Below, piece after piece: positions 7,590-18,077 of a stretch of 39,848 nt of DNA. A program made the position numbers and the translations under genes. The stretch's first letter is position 1. Each line of letters begins with the position of its first letter. This stretch comes from a virus. The stretch lies in IMG/VR virus record IMGVR_UViG_3300035365_000038, positions 1 through 39,848 of that record; one strand, given 5' to 3'. Under the pieces are notes generated by a model. That model was not told the DNA's origin. It was given only the letters and a program-made list of their open reading frames with translations, and did not search any database.

Positions 7590-7856
7590 ATGAGTCTAAA
7601 GACAAATAACCCCCGGAATATAGCTAACAAGAGGACAGGAGGCAAGAGAACGGTGGAACAGAGAGAAGCGGACAAATGCTTCTGCGCCGATTTATTTGTA
7701 AAGGGGTATACATACAGGCAGATAGCAGAGCGCCTCAATACACACAACCGAGAAAACGGACTTACTTATGAGCTAACTTACAAAACAATATTTTGCGATA
7801 TTAATCAAGTATTAGTAGAGTGGAAAAAAGAACGCTTTGAAATGGAGAAAAGTTAA
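7590..7856 (+). CDS. small HTH protein (88 aa)
   Basis: KGYTYRQIAERLN is a typical helix-turn-helix core. The gene lies upstream of the packaging genes. Confidence 0.55.
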   Translation: MSLKTNNPRNIANKRTGGKRTVEQREADKCFCADLFVKGYTYRQIAERLNTHNRENGLTYELTYKTIFCDINQVLVEWKKERFEMEKS

Positions 7857-7900
7857 GGGTTTACTTCCCGGTGAATTTGATAACTCAAAAGCAGAATAAC

Positions 7901-8479
7901 ATGATCAAGTTAAACGAACTAAGAGATAAAGCCTACCAAAACGCAGTTGTTCACGGCTGGCATGACGAAGATAAGAGTGATAGTCACTGGCTTTGTCTGG
8001 TAATATCCGAGCTGATGGAAGCAGTGGAAGCTGACCGGAAGAACAGACACGCAAGTGTAAAGTTTTTTAATCATAGCATTGATTACGCTTTGCGTGAGTT
8101 GCATCTTACGAAACAGGATTTCAGTAATTATTTCTTCAACTCATACAAAGAAAATATAAAAGACAGTGTAGAGGAAGAACTTGCAGATGCTTGTATCAGG
8201 ATTTTAGATCTTGCCGGATTAAGGAATACAGATTTAGATGATTTTGACTATGAAGGAAGCGACACTATGGATTATTCTGGAATGTCCTTTACAGAGGCAA
8301 TGTTCCACATTAGCAGGATGGCCACAGATGAATTTTATATAGGTGAATTCATCGCATTGCTTTTGAACGAAATATTCGCTTTTTGCCAAGATCGGGAAAT
8401 TGACATCTTCTGGTATATCGAGCAAAAGATGAAGTATAATGAACTTAGGCCATACATGCATGGAGGCAAAAAGTACTGA
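7901..8479 (+). CDS. MazG-like all-alpha nucleoside triphosphate pyrophosphohydrolase
   Basis: NAVVHGWH...LCLVISELMEAVEADRK and EEELADACIRILDLAG...KMKYNELRPYMHGGKKY match the MazG-like pattern. I prefer the ATG at 7901 to the track's GTG at 7871. Confidence 0.65.
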   Translation: MIKLNELRDKAYQNAVVHGWHDEDKSDSHWLCLVISELMEAVEADRKNRHASVKFFNHSIDYALRELHLTKQDFSNYFFNSYKENIKDSVEEELADACIRILDLAGLRNTDLDDFDYEGSDTMDYSGMSFTEAMFHISRMATDEFYIGEFIALLLNEIFAFCQDREIDIFWYIEQKMKYNELRPYMHGGKKY

Positions 8480-8536
8480 TTGAATCTTTTAATAGACAGA
8501 GTAATTTTACTAGGTGGATTTTTTTCTGCCCAGTAT

Positions 8537-8567
8537 TTTGCTTTTTATACCTGAAATCATATTTTTG
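8537..8567 (+). promoter_or_regulatory. Bacteroidota-type promoter for the packaging/tail operon
   Basis: TTTG (8537-8540), 19-nt spacer, TATTTTTG (8560-8567). ATG at 8586. Confidence 0.5.
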
Positions 8568-8585
8568 CATAAAATAATATAGGCT

Positions 8586-9074
8586 ATGAAGGTAGGAAGA
8601 AAAGGAAAGTTTGAGGAACTTGCACCCAAGATACTAAAACTCATCCGGGAAGGCTGCTCATTCAAGGAGACTTGTCAGATCGTAGGACTGAACGAAGGAA
8701 CTTTTTATCGCTGGAAGAGCGAGAATGAGGAGTTTTGCGAGGCAATTAAAAACGCAATGGACGAAAGGCAGGATGAGGTTGTAGGCACATTGGAGAAGTC
8801 TCTGCTTAAGAAGGCCAATGGCTACACCGTCACAGAATGCAGAACGGAGTATGCGATGTGTAAGGGCAATCTGAAGAAGATAAAGGAGTCCAAGACGGTT
8901 AAGGAGATAGCACCGGATACTGGGGCATTGGTCTTTGCCTTGACAAACCTTGCTCCTGAAAAGTGGCAGAACAAGCAGCGTCAGGAGATCTCAGGAGAAG
9001 GTGGAGAGCCATTTAAGATTATCGTCACGGACAACGAAGATGCCGATCTTATCAAGAGAATGACGGAAAAATGA
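8586..9074 (+). CDS. terS: terminase small subunit
   Basis: N-terminal HTH (GCSFKETCQIVGLNEGTFYRWK). ...LTNLAPEKWQNKQ is a typical TerS pattern. ATGA overlap with TerL. Confidence 0.8.
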   Translation: MKVGRKGKFEELAPKILKLIREGCSFKETCQIVGLNEGTFYRWKSENEEFCEAIKNAMDERQDEVVGTLEKSLLKKANGYTVTECRTEYAMCKGNLKKIKESKTVKEIAPDTGALVFALTNLAPEKWQNKQRQEISGEGGEPFKIIVTDNEDADLIKRMTEK

Positions 9075-10249
9075 AGTTGACGAAGGTATGCAGGAAAAAT
9101 ATTGAAGCATGGCTTGGAGGTGCAAGACTCATTGCAAATAAGGGGGGTACGCGAAGTGGAAAAACGTACTCCCTGATTTCGTTTTTTGTCTCTCTCTGCG
9201 TCACCAATAGCAACAAGAGGGTTATCGATGTCGTGTCGGAGTCAATGCCTCACCTGAAGCGAGGAGCATTGAATGACATGGAAGAGATCCTCGACAACGA
9301 ACATCTGAAGGAAGGAGTCCATTACGAATACAACCGATCTGACAAGGTGTTCACATTCAAGGGAGGCAGTTCAATGCGCTTCTATTCCGCGGATGATTGG
9401 GGTAAGGTTAAGGGACCGGGCAGAGATATCCTCTTCATCAATGAGTGCAACCGCATTTCATATGAGGTCTATCGCCAGTTGGCGGTAAGAACAAGGCAGG
9501 TCATCTTCTTAGACTGGAATCCGGACGCAGAATTCTGGTATGAGCAGAGAGGACTCAACCTTAAGGACAACACTGTCGAGATTCATTCTACGTACAAGGA
9601 CAATCCGTTTCTATCGGATGTACAGATCGCGGAAATCGAAAGCAACAAGGATGACGAGAACTGGTGGAAGGTGTATGGTCTTGGTCAGGTCGGAAGACCG
9701 CAGGGTGTAATCTTCACCCGATGGCAGCAATGCCGGGATGTGCCGGAAGGAGCAAAACTTATTGGCCGTGGCCTTGACTTCGGATTCACCAATGATCCTA
9801 CAACCATCATTGATGTCTACTTGCAGGATGGTAAGCTGTGGCTAGAAGAGCGGTGTTGGCAGGTAGGTATGACCAACGATATGATCGCATCCGAGCTGCG
9901 CGGTCTTCCGGGGTGGACGGTGGCCGATTGCGCAGAGCCGAAGTCTATTGCCGAGGTCAGAAATTATGGAGTGAGGAATATTGAGCCTTCCGAAAAGGGA
10001 GCTGACTCCGTCCGCGCAGGTATCCAAGTCATGCAGCGTTATGAGATAATGATCACTCAGCGGTCGCTCAACTTGATCAAGGAATTCCGCAACTACAAGT
10101 GGAAGGAGGACCGTATCACCGGAGAGCAACTGAAGGAGCCAATAGACAAGTTCAATCATGGCATCGATGCAGTGCGCTACGTATGCTTGAGCAAGCTGTC
10201 TGAGAAGCCTACAATAAAACGGCCAACAGTAAAAATGAAGAGAAGATGA
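9071..10249 (+). CDS. terL: terminase large subunit (PBSX/Terminase_3-like)
   Basis: Walker A GGTRSGKT, Walker B ILFINE, and nuclease motifs GLDFGFTNDPT and KFNHGIDAVRY. Confidence 0.92.
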   Translation: MKLTKVCRKNIEAWLGGARLIANKGGTRSGKTYSLISFFVSLCVTNSNKRVIDVVSESMPHLKRGALNDMEEILDNEHLKEGVHYEYNRSDKVFTFKGGSSMRFYSADDWGKVKGPGRDILFINECNRISYEVYRQLAVRTRQVIFLDWNPDAEFWYEQRGLNLKDNTVEIHSTYKDNPFLSDVQIAEIESNKDDENWWKVYGLGQVGRPQGVIFTRWQQCRDVPEGAKLIGRGLDFGFTNDPTTIIDVYLQDGKLWLEERCWQVGMTNDMIASELRGLPGWTVADCAEPKSIAEVRNYGVRNIEPSEKGADSVRAGIQVMQRYEIMITQRSLNLIKEFRNYKWKEDRITGEQLKEPIDKFNHGIDAVRYVCLSKLSEKPTIKRPTVKMKRR

Positions 10250-10764
10250 AAGTGAAAGAATTTATATTGATGCAAGACATTGTCCGGATAGATCTGGAAT
10301 CCATTCCAAAGCCGGAAAGGGTAATGAAGTATAAGGTACCGGAAAGCCTGAATCATCTGAACATGGGAGAACTGATAACCTTGCAATCTATCCGGACATT
10401 AATAGAACTGATCACAATCCCGGCAAGAGTTCTTTTTGGAGTTGATGAAAGCAAGGTATTGAAAGCGGATGCTATGGAGATCATCGGGTTGGGAGTATGG
10501 GTGTCTAAAGAGATAGAACGAATCAACAAGCTATTTGCAAAGACTAACATTCCTCCGACATCAGAAGAAGAGCAAGCCGGAGCCGGACGGATGAACTTCG
10601 GGCCCTTCGGAATGATTGACTACTTCGCACGCAGAATGGGCATAACAGACCATGAAGAAGTAGAACGTGTTCCGTGGGTAAGGGTTTATAAGTGCATGGA
10701 TATGGATGCACAAGTGAGCAAATATCAAAGACGATTGAGAAATATATTAAGCAAGAAGAAATGA
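10246..10764 (+). CDS. hypothetical protein (172 aa)
   Basis: ATGA-coupled to TerL. No motif recognised. Confidence 0.6.
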   Translation: MKVKEFILMQDIVRIDLESIPKPERVMKYKVPESLNHLNMGELITLQSIRTLIELITIPARVLFGVDESKVLKADAMEIIGLGVWVSKEIERINKLFAKTNIPPTSEEEQAGAGRMNFGPFGMIDYFARRMGITDHEEVERVPWVRVYKCMDMDAQVSKYQRRLRNILSKKK

Positions 10765-11279
10765 AAGAAGAATTTGACACAATATTTAGCGATGAATTTA
10801 CTAAGGATGTCACTCCGGCATCATCGGTAGAAAGAAAGATAAACAAAGTCATTCAGAAGATGGATAGAGGACTTACCTATATCTTTGATAATTGGGCAAC
10901 GGCTAACATAAGGATAGATAAACTTCCGCTTCCTGCTGTGATTAATGTGCTTCCGGTTTCTGGATCATTCAACGTAACAGCAAGGAAAATGAAAGACTAT
11001 CCGAATTGCATGCTTGCGTTCATAGATAAGACAGACCTAGACTTCGATGGTGAAGAGAATGATGTGGTTCTGGAGCGATGCAAGAATCTTGCAATGGAAT
11101 TCATTCTTACGGCCAACGAAAGCGAGCTATTCGATCCGATTGAAGGAGATGTGCCCTATTCAGTGATATATGACAAGATGGATGTCAATGTTACCGGAAT
11201 AGTGATAGAGATACAACTAAAAGAGAAGCAGGGCATTAATCTCTGTTATGGTAAACCTATCAAAGACTACTTCAAATGA
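10761..11279 (+). CDS. hypothetical virion-module protein (172 aa from the ATG at 10761)
   Basis: The ATG at 10761 forms an ATGA overlap with the preceding stop. The track start at 10692 would overlap by 73 nt. Confidence 0.6.
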   Translation: MKEEFDTIFSDEFTKDVTPASSVERKINKVIQKMDRGLTYIFDNWATANIRIDKLPLPAVINVLPVSGSFNVTARKMKDYPNCMLAFIDKTDLDFDGEENDVVLERCKNLAMEFILTANESELFDPIEGDVPYSVIYDKMDVNVTGIVIEIQLKEKQGINLCYGKPIKDYFK

Positions 11280-11740
11280 TTCAAGAGGCGAAGAATATAT
11301 TACAGCAGGAGTTAGAAGATCTGAAGAAAAGAATCATTGCAAACCATGAGCATGCCGGACAAGTAGCGAGCGGACGGACAAGAGCAAGCCTTAGGGTGGA
11401 GACTAGCGATGAAGGTGGTGTTCTATGGGGTAGAAGTCCTTTCGGAACGCTGGAGACCGGACGAAAGCCTGGGAAAGTACCTAAGGGATTTTATCATATT
11501 ATCTTGCAGTGGGTAAAGGACAAGGGAATCAAGGTTGATAATCCAAAAACTTTTTCTTACTTTGTGAGCCGGAAGATTGCAAGAGAAGGAACTGAATTGT
11601 TCCGGTCCGGAGGTCGTGCCGATATATATTCAAATGAGATCCCGGTTACTATTGAGAACATAGGCAATAGAATGGTTGTATTGATTGGAATAGAAGTAGA
11701 ACACATAAATCTAAACAGCAATGAGACAAACAGTATTTAA
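11276..11740 (+). CDS. hypothetical virion-module protein (154 aa), possibly neck or tail completion
   Basis: ATGA coupling and position only. Confidence 0.55.
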   Translation: MIQEAKNILQQELEDLKKRIIANHEHAGQVASGRTRASLRVETSDEGGVLWGRSPFGTLETGRKPGKVPKGFYHIILQWVKDKGIKVDNPKTFSYFVSRKIAREGTELFRSGGRADIYSNEIPVTIENIGNRMVVLIGIEVEHINLNSNETNSI

Positions 11741-12761
11741 CGATGGAACAGTAACATATCCGGATGAGATAGCATTTGCATTCAATCCGTTCATAATTGA
11801 ATTGGAGAATGAAAATAAAGGAGATGTAACTATTGACATTACAAACATTGGCAGTGGAAGGAAGTACTCGGACGCAAGACCTTATTACGGAGATAAGTTT
11901 TCAGTAGACCTTTCAAAATATATTCAGCTACTTTTTGACCGCCCGGAATATATGGGAAGCGGAGAAAGATTAGTTGATACAAGCATTAATGTTTTGATTG
12001 ATGTTAAAGAGGATTCAAGAATATACACCTTTAATGTGGTATGTGTGTGGGGATATATCGAAGTGGGAGAAACATTCAATGCCAGTCGTAAGGTGAGATG
12101 GTTCAATAATTTTCCCCAGACCTTGTCTTTATTTATTCCAACGGGAACGGAATTACAATATCGCTATAATCTGGGAGGATATCAGAAATACGAAGGAGAG
12201 GAAGTTAATGCAATCAATCACATCCTGATAGGCCTTAGTTTTCCTACCGGAACGGAAAGCGGTGCGTTCAAGGTGGTAGGAGGGGATGTAAGTTCAGTGT
12301 GGGATGACACCTTTGATCATACCTTTGCAGCAAATCCGGCATACGAAACCATAATTGAAGTTAAGGCAGACGATTGTGAAGAGGGTGTTTTCCTGAGATG
12401 GGTGGATAGGTTTGGCTTTTATCAGTATTGGTTATTCCAGCCTTCAGAATATACGTATGACGGAAAATCAGACGGAGAGAAGATTGTATCCATCGAATTG
12501 GTGAATGTCCGGCATTATGAATTCGGACGGTATCAAGGAAGAGAAAATGAACGAACAATAAGAATGGGTGCTTCTATGCTGGATAAGGAAGAAGCAGAAA
12601 TGATAGTTGGTGTCATTCAGTCTCCTTTGGTTGCCATGTGGAGTGATGGGGCATGGATCCCGGTTAATGTATCGGACGGAGATGTTAAGCTATCATCGGA
12701 GCATCTGCAAGATGTAGAGATAACCGTAGAATTACCAGAACTTAAAACACAAAGACTATGA
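11721..12761 (+). CDS. hypothetical tail or structural protein (346 aa)
   Basis: Position upstream of the large tail protein and tape measure. Confidence 0.55.
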   Translation: MRQTVFNDGTVTYPDEIAFAFNPFIIELENENKGDVTIDITNIGSGRKYSDARPYYGDKFSVDLSKYIQLLFDRPEYMGSGERLVDTSINVLIDVKEDSRIYTFNVVCVWGYIEVGETFNASRKVRWFNNFPQTLSLFIPTGTELQYRYNLGGYQKYEGEEVNAINHILIGLSFPTGTESGAFKVVGGDVSSVWDDTFDHTFAANPAYETIIEVKADDCEEGVFLRWVDRFGFYQYWLFQPSEYTYDGKSDGEKIVSIELVNVRHYEFGRYQGRENERTIRMGASMLDKEEAEMIVGVIQSPLVAMWSDGAWIPVNVSDGDVKLSSEHLQDVEITVELPELKTQRL

Positions 12762-14557
12762 TGGATGAGTTATATATTGACGGAGAGAGGGTAGAACTGA
12801 ACGACACCGGGATATCTCTCAATTACAAGAGCAATCTGCTTACGGATATCAGTAAGATAGTAAGCAATAACAGCTATACTATTAAAGCTCCTAGAACCAC
12901 GGCAAACATGAGACTGATAAACGGATTTGTGTTTCCGTCTACCGTGGGGGATTATCCATATAGATCTCATTCGGCAGTAGTTGTACGTGATGGAATAGAG
13001 ATCATAAGCGGTGCAACAGTCTACCTTCTTTCCGTGGGGGAAGATATTGAGTTTTGTCTGGTGTGGGGGGTAGGAAGTAGGTTTGAGAATATAAAGAACA
13101 AAAAACTTACCGAGATGCCCGTTGTGGATGGAGATACGGTGGTATGGCTTCCTGATAATCCGGCTTATGCAGACAATTATCTGGATATCAATTACGGAAT
13201 AGACTTTCCGCCTCCAACCGCTCCAAAGATGCCACACATAACCGTATATGACCTTCTAGTGCGCATATTCCAGAGTAACGGGATCTCCATGATGATTGAT
13301 GACCCGAACGTAGAGAATAACTTGAAATCCCTTGCCGTTCCGCTAACTAACAGAAACGACTGCTTGATCAACTCATCGAAGTATGTAACATCTGTTTTTT
13401 CCGATCAAAAAAGTATTTCTAGATTTGTCCCGGAGGGTTTTTTTGATTCTGTTGACCTTTTGTTCGTCGGGTCTGAGAATAGAAGTAATGTTTATGGAGT
13501 GTGGACATATTCTCCATCTCTTGAGGGCATAGTGGGATATCGTCCAACATACGATCAGAGTATCACACTCAGCGGAACTGTAAGATGTAGGTATGCAGGT
13601 GGATATAGAATTATTTTGGTTATCTATAAGGCGAATGAGATAGACGGATCAAACGATGAGATAACCAGAATAGAAGGTATTACTGAAGGCTATGACGTGT
13701 CATTTCCAATAGAAAGAGTAGAGATAGACCTTAACGGATTCGAAGCCGGAACAACCATGCGATTCATGATAGCCGTACAGACTAATAATATAGTTAGCGA
13801 CATATTTGCAAATATAGAGGTCTCTCCATTATTCGATATGCTTGTTCCCGGTCTTACAGATTATTATATAGTCCCTAATCTACCGGACATGAAACAGATA
13901 GACTTCATTAAGGGTGTATGTCAGATGTTTAACTATTACGCATATAGCGGTAATGACGGAATCTATATTAACAGTTTCGGCAGATTAATATCAAATAAGA
14001 GCAAGGCTGTTGACTGGTCCGGCAAGATTGTTGGAGAAACAGAAATGTCATTCACGGTAGACGGAATCAACCAAGTTAACATTGTCAAATACAAAGAGGA
14101 TGATACTGTAATTGGTAATTACGATTCTCAGTTTGTTGTCAACAACCAGGCATTAGATCCGGAAGGAGATTTCATATCTTTGCCGTTCGCTGCGTGTGAC
14201 ACAAGAATCAGAAAAGCGGTTGTGCCTATTTATTCCTATGACAGCAACGGAGAACTGGAGATAGAAGATAATTCCATTCCTAGAATAGTAAGAATCAAGG
14301 ATCAAGGAGGAAAAACGATGGGAGTCTTTGAAGGTCTTGATTGGAACAGCCTTTTGAATACTTATTATCGGCAGTATATCTCAACGATTGGTCAAGCAAA
14401 AGTAATATCGTGCGACATGATCCTTAATTGCATAGACCTTAAAAATCTAGATATGAGCATTCCGGTGTATATCGGGGAACTGGGAGGGTATTTTGGGATT
14501 GTTGAGATCAAGACAAAAAAGAACGATATTAGCGAAGTATCATTAATCAAGATTTAA
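12758..14557 (+). CDS. large tail or baseplate-associated protein (599 aa)
   Basis: ATGA coupling, size and position directly before the tape measure. Confidence 0.55.
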   Translation: MMDELYIDGERVELNDTGISLNYKSNLLTDISKIVSNNSYTIKAPRTTANMRLINGFVFPSTVGDYPYRSHSAVVVRDGIEIISGATVYLLSVGEDIEFCLVWGVGSRFENIKNKKLTEMPVVDGDTVVWLPDNPAYADNYLDINYGIDFPPPTAPKMPHITVYDLLVRIFQSNGISMMIDDPNVENNLKSLAVPLTNRNDCLINSSKYVTSVFSDQKSISRFVPEGFFDSVDLLFVGSENRSNVYGVWTYSPSLEGIVGYRPTYDQSITLSGTVRCRYAGGYRIILVIYKANEIDGSNDEITRIEGITEGYDVSFPIERVEIDLNGFEAGTTMRFMIAVQTNNIVSDIFANIEVSPLFDMLVPGLTDYYIVPNLPDMKQIDFIKGVCQMFNYYAYSGNDGIYINSFGRLISNKSKAVDWSGKIVGETEMSFTVDGINQVNIVKYKEDDTVIGNYDSQFVVNNQALDPEGDFISLPFAACDTRIRKAVVPIYSYDSNGELEIEDNSIPRIVRIKDQGGKTMGVFEGLDWNSLLNTYYRQYISTIGQAKVISCDMILNCIDLKNLDMSIPVYIGELGGYFGIVEIKTKKNDISEVSLIKI

Positions 14558-14560
14558 GCC

Positions 14561-17500
14561 ATGGCAGAGAATACAGAAAAAATCCTTGAGATAAAGGTAA
14601 ATTATAGCGATGCGATCAAGAAGATTGCAGAATATAAGACAAAGATTGATGCTTTGAAAGATTCCGAAGCGGAGTTAAAAAAACAACTCAAGAACGGAGA
14701 GATAAGCAGACAGCAGTATAATGAAGAACTGACTGCATCCAAGACTTTAACAAATGAATATAATAGCACGATAAGGTCTATCACAAAGACAATTCAAAAT
14801 CAGATAAAGCAGGAGAAAGAACAAGCAGGAAGCCTCAAGGCATTAAGGGCAGAATTAAGCAACCTGATTGATCAATACGACAGCTTATCGGAGATCGACC
14901 GAAAAGGTGATATCGGAGCAAAACTCAAGAAGAATATAGACAGCCTTACTGAATCGGTAAAGAAGGGAGAGGAAGAGACAGAGAGATACCAGAGGAATGT
15001 AGGTAACTACAAGAATGCAATCCTTGAGGCGATTGGTGTCAATGGTGAATTGTCAGAGTCAATCATGAATCTGACGAATCAGGAAGCCGGGGTGAGAGGT
15101 ATGTTCTCTCAAGTCAAAGACTCAGCATTTGCGTTGGGTGGCGCATTAAAAGCTCTTATTGCCAATCCTCTCTTCCTTGCTGTTGCTGGAATTGTTGGAA
15201 CCGGGATGGCATTCAAATGGTGGTATGATTACAACATGGGATTGCAGGAAGCAACCAGACTGACTAAGCAATTCACCGGAATGTCGGGTGATGAACTGAA
15301 GGCATATCGCAATGAGATTCAGGCTGTGGCAGATGCATTTGGAGTTGATTTTAAGGAGAACCTATCTGCAGTTAATGCGATGTCAAAGCAGTTCGGCATA
15401 TCTTATGAAGAAGCATTGCAAAATATCAAAGATGGATTTATCGCAGGAGCCGATGCTAATGGGGAATTCTTGAAGGGTGTTGAAGAGTATTCAACTTTCT
15501 TCAAAGAAGCTGGAATATCTGCAGATCAGTTTGTCTCTATTATTGCACAGACTAATAAGATGGGTATATTCTCCGACAAAGGAATTGATGCAATTAAAGA
15601 GGCGAATATACGATTGAGAGAGATGGTTCCTGAGACGATTGCTGCTCTTGATGGAATCGGAATATCGTCAAAGAAGGTGCAAGAAGAATTGCAGAATGGA
15701 TCAAAGACAACCTTTGATATCATGCAGGAGGTGTCAGAAAAACTAAATGAACTGCCTGATAGTTCGTCTAAGGTTGGAGCTGCCATAGCCGATATCTTTG
15801 GCGGTCCCGGTGAGGATGCAGGTCTGCAATACATAAGAACCTTGAAGGACATTTCTGTCAACCTTGATGAAGTCAAGGAGCAGTCAGGAGAGTTGGGACA
15901 ATTACAAGAAGAGCAACTCCAGAGCCAGATCGAACTTCAAAACGCATTAGATGGATTGTTCGATCAGACCGGGGGAAACTTTGAACGATTGAATGCTCAA
16001 GCAAAGATATTTGCTAATAAATCTTTGACTGCAATCATCAAAGCAGTAATATCAATCATTAACTACTTCATTGATCTATACAACAAGAGTTTGTTGATCC
16101 GTGGCATTTGGCAGTTGATTGTGGTCAATTTTAAGAATTCCATTGATACTATCGGAAACCTATTCCGGCTGCTGATTGATGTAATCACATCGCTCGGAGA
16201 AACATTGAAGGGAGCATTTACCCTTGATTGGGATCTTGTCAAAAAGGGTACCGTAGACTTTGCAAAATCATTTGCTACTTTAGTTAAATCTCAGGTTAAA
16301 GACATCAAGAAGAATGTCAATGAGGGTATTGACTCCTTGCAAGGTCAAATCAAACCCATTAAGGTCCCATTACAAGTAGGAGATGGTAAACAAACATCTA
16401 CTACTACCACAAGGAAAATAACCACACAGACTTCCACATCATCAGGCTCTGGTGATGCTAATAAGGCAGCAGAGGCGCAGAAAAAGGCAGCAGAGGAAGA
16501 GTTGAAGGAGATAAGGAAGGCAGAAGATGAAATGCTTAGTCTTATTCAGGACAATCTTGAAAAGCAAAGAGCGAAAATAACAACCGAATATGACAGACAG
16601 ATTGAATACCTTAAGACAAGGCTGGCTACAGAGAAGAACCTTACAGAGAAATCTAAGGAAGCTATCAATCAGCAGATAATTGCTCTTGAGCAACAAAAGA
16701 ACAACGAACTGCAGAAGCTGTCGGACGAAGAACTGCAGAAGGAGGTTGCTAATCGCCAGAAGTTGATTGAGCTACAACTTGAATCGGTTAAGAAGGGATC
16801 AGAGGAAGAGCTGAATCTGAAGTTGCAATTATTGGAGACTCAAAAGGGAAAAGAGTTATCCAATAAGGAACTTACCGAAGAGATGAAGTTAGCGATCATC
16901 AACAAGTATAATGCTCAGGCGAAGAATCTGTATATCCAACATGAGAAAGAGCTGAATGCGAAACTTGCTCAGGAAGTTTCGCTGAGAATGGAGAATGAGA
17001 TCCTTCAGATGCAGGAAAAGGGTGCTAGCGAGTTAGAGATCCTTCAGGAGCAGGCAGACCAAAAACTTGAATTGCTTAACTCTATCCAACAGCAAGAAGG
17101 AGAAACCGATGAAGAATTTTTGAATCGCAGACTTGAAGCACAACAAGCCTACACAGATGCAAAGCAAGAGGTAGTTAATAAGGAGGTAGAGATAGAGCAG
17201 ACCAAGTACCAAGCTGCATCTGACATAACATCATCTCTTGTAGGGTTGCTTAACACATTGGGAGAGAAAAACAAAGGGTTAGCTATTGCAAGTAAGGTTT
17301 TGGCTCTTGCCGAGATTGCTATAAATTCCGGAAAGGCTATTGCTGCAGGTGTAGCTCAGGCTCAATCTGTACCATTTCCGGCCAATATCGCAGCCATCGC
17401 CACAACGGTAGCAACAATTTTGGCGAATATTACAACCGCCATAACAACGGTAAAGAGTGCAAAGTTTGCCACCGGAGGACTTGTGACTGGCCCAGGTACC

Positions 17501-17782
17501 GGAACTAGCGACAGCATTGATGCAAAGCTATCAAATGGAGAATCTGTAATGACTGCCAGAGCAACGGAAATGTTCGGCCCTATCTTGTCATCATTCAATC
17601 AAATGGGTGGCGGTGTTCCTATCAACGTGTCAGAATCAAGCAGTCAGGCAATCGGGGAGGATATGATGGCCAGAGCATTTGCTAAAGGAATGAAAAACTT
17701 TCCGGCTCCGGTGGTATCTGTTGATGAAATCAATAGGGTAGGAAATAGAGTTAAGGTTTTGGAAAGTCTTGGAAGCGTATGA
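14561..17782 (+). CDS. tail tape measure protein
   Basis: 1073 aa with long K/E/Q coiled-coil stretches and hydrophobic segments (LFLAVAGIVGTGMAF, TAIIKAVISIINYFI). The C-terminal ATGGLVTGPGTGTSDSIDAKLSNGESVMTA motif is common at tape-measure ends. Confidence 0.85.
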   Translation: MAENTEKILEIKVNYSDAIKKIAEYKTKIDALKDSEAELKKQLKNGEISRQQYNEELTASKTLTNEYNSTIRSITKTIQNQIKQEKEQAGSLKALRAELSNLIDQYDSLSEIDRKGDIGAKLKKNIDSLTESVKKGEEETERYQRNVGNYKNAILEAIGVNGELSESIMNLTNQEAGVRGMFSQVKDSAFALGGALKALIANPLFLAVAGIVGTGMAFKWWYDYNMGLQEATRLTKQFTGMSGDELKAYRNEIQAVADAFGVDFKENLSAVNAMSKQFGISYEEALQNIKDGFIAGADANGEFLKGVEEYSTFFKEAGISADQFVSIIAQTNKMGIFSDKGIDAIKEANIRLREMVPETIAALDGIGISSKKVQEELQNGSKTTFDIMQEVSEKLNELPDSSSKVGAAIADIFGGPGEDAGLQYIRTLKDISVNLDEVKEQSGELGQLQEEQLQSQIELQNALDGLFDQTGGNFERLNAQAKIFANKSLTAIIKAVISIINYFIDLYNKSLLIRGIWQLIVVNFKNSIDTIGNLFRLLIDVITSLGETLKGAFTLDWDLVKKGTVDFAKSFATLVKSQVKDIKKNVNEGIDSLQGQIKPIKVPLQVGDGKQTSTTTTRKITTQTSTSSGSGDANKAAEAQKKAAEEELKEIRKAEDEMLSLIQDNLEKQRAKITTEYDRQIEYLKTRLATEKNLTEKSKEAINQQIIALEQQKNNELQKLSDEELQKEVANRQKLIELQLESVKKGSEEELNLKLQLLETQKGKELSNKELTEEMKLAIINKYNAQAKNLYIQHEKELNAKLAQEVSLRMENEILQMQEKGASELEILQEQADQKLELLNSIQQQEGETDEEFLNRRLEAQQAYTDAKQEVVNKEVEIEQTKYQAASDITSSLVGLLNTLGEKNKGLAIASKVLALAEIAINSGKAIAAGVAQAQSVPFPANIAAIATTVATILANITTAITTVKSAKFATGGLVTGPGTGTSDSIDAKLSNGESVMTARATEMFGPILSSFNQMGGGVPINVSESSSQAIGEDMMARAFAKGMKNFPAPVVSVDEINRVGNRVKVLESLGSV

Positions 17783-17985
17783 CAGTATCAGAATTAATCA
17801 GAGCTAACGAAAGCTTGCTAAAAATTATGTCAGAGAACGGTGTAGAAGCCGACATTGTGAAACATCTGGAAATGTTCACAGACTATGATCGCTTAATTAG
17901 AGAAGGTCATAAGAAAACATACGTTATTCAATACCTTTCCGAACAGTACGAACTGAACGAGAGAAAAATATACCGGATAATATGA
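17779..17985 (+). CDS. small Mor-like transcription regulator (C-terminal HTH)
   Basis: ...REGHKKTYVIQYLSEQYELNERKIYRII resembles the Mor/C-family C-terminal HTH that ends in ...R-x-IYRI. It sits just before the head-operon promoter. Confidence 0.4.
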   Translation: MTVSELIRANESLLKIMSENGVEADIVKHLEMFTDYDRLIREGHKKTYVIQYLSEQYELNERKIYRII

Positions 17986-18010
17986 ACCATGCAGAAAATA
18001 GTTACTTTTT

Positions 18011-18038
18011 AAGGGGGGCGGGAACGCTTCCCTTTTTT
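18011..18038 (+). terminator. intrinsic terminator
   Basis: GGGAA-cgc-TTCCC (alternative pairing AAGGG/CCCTT) followed by T6. Confidence 0.6.
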
Positions 18039-18039
18039 A

Positions 18040-18056
18040 CTGACAAAATTTGTCAG
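18040..18056. promoter_or_regulatory. 17-bp perfect palindrome upstream of the head-operon promoter
   Basis: CTGACAAA-A-TTTGTCAG lies between the terminator and the -33 element. Confidence 0.45.
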
Positions 18057-18077
18057 CGTATTTTTATAGAAAAATTG

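Noticed and set aside
7871-7900. Alternative-start extensions proposed by the ORF track (GTG 7871, GTG 27106, TTG 29478, GTG 29896, and long ATG extensions at 2837, 10692, 25720, 37245 and 39600)
   Set aside because: Each extension overlaps an upstream gene, a promoter -7 box or a conserved hairpin. In every case a downstream ATG gives an ATGA junction or a short-spacer junction consistent with the rest of the genome.
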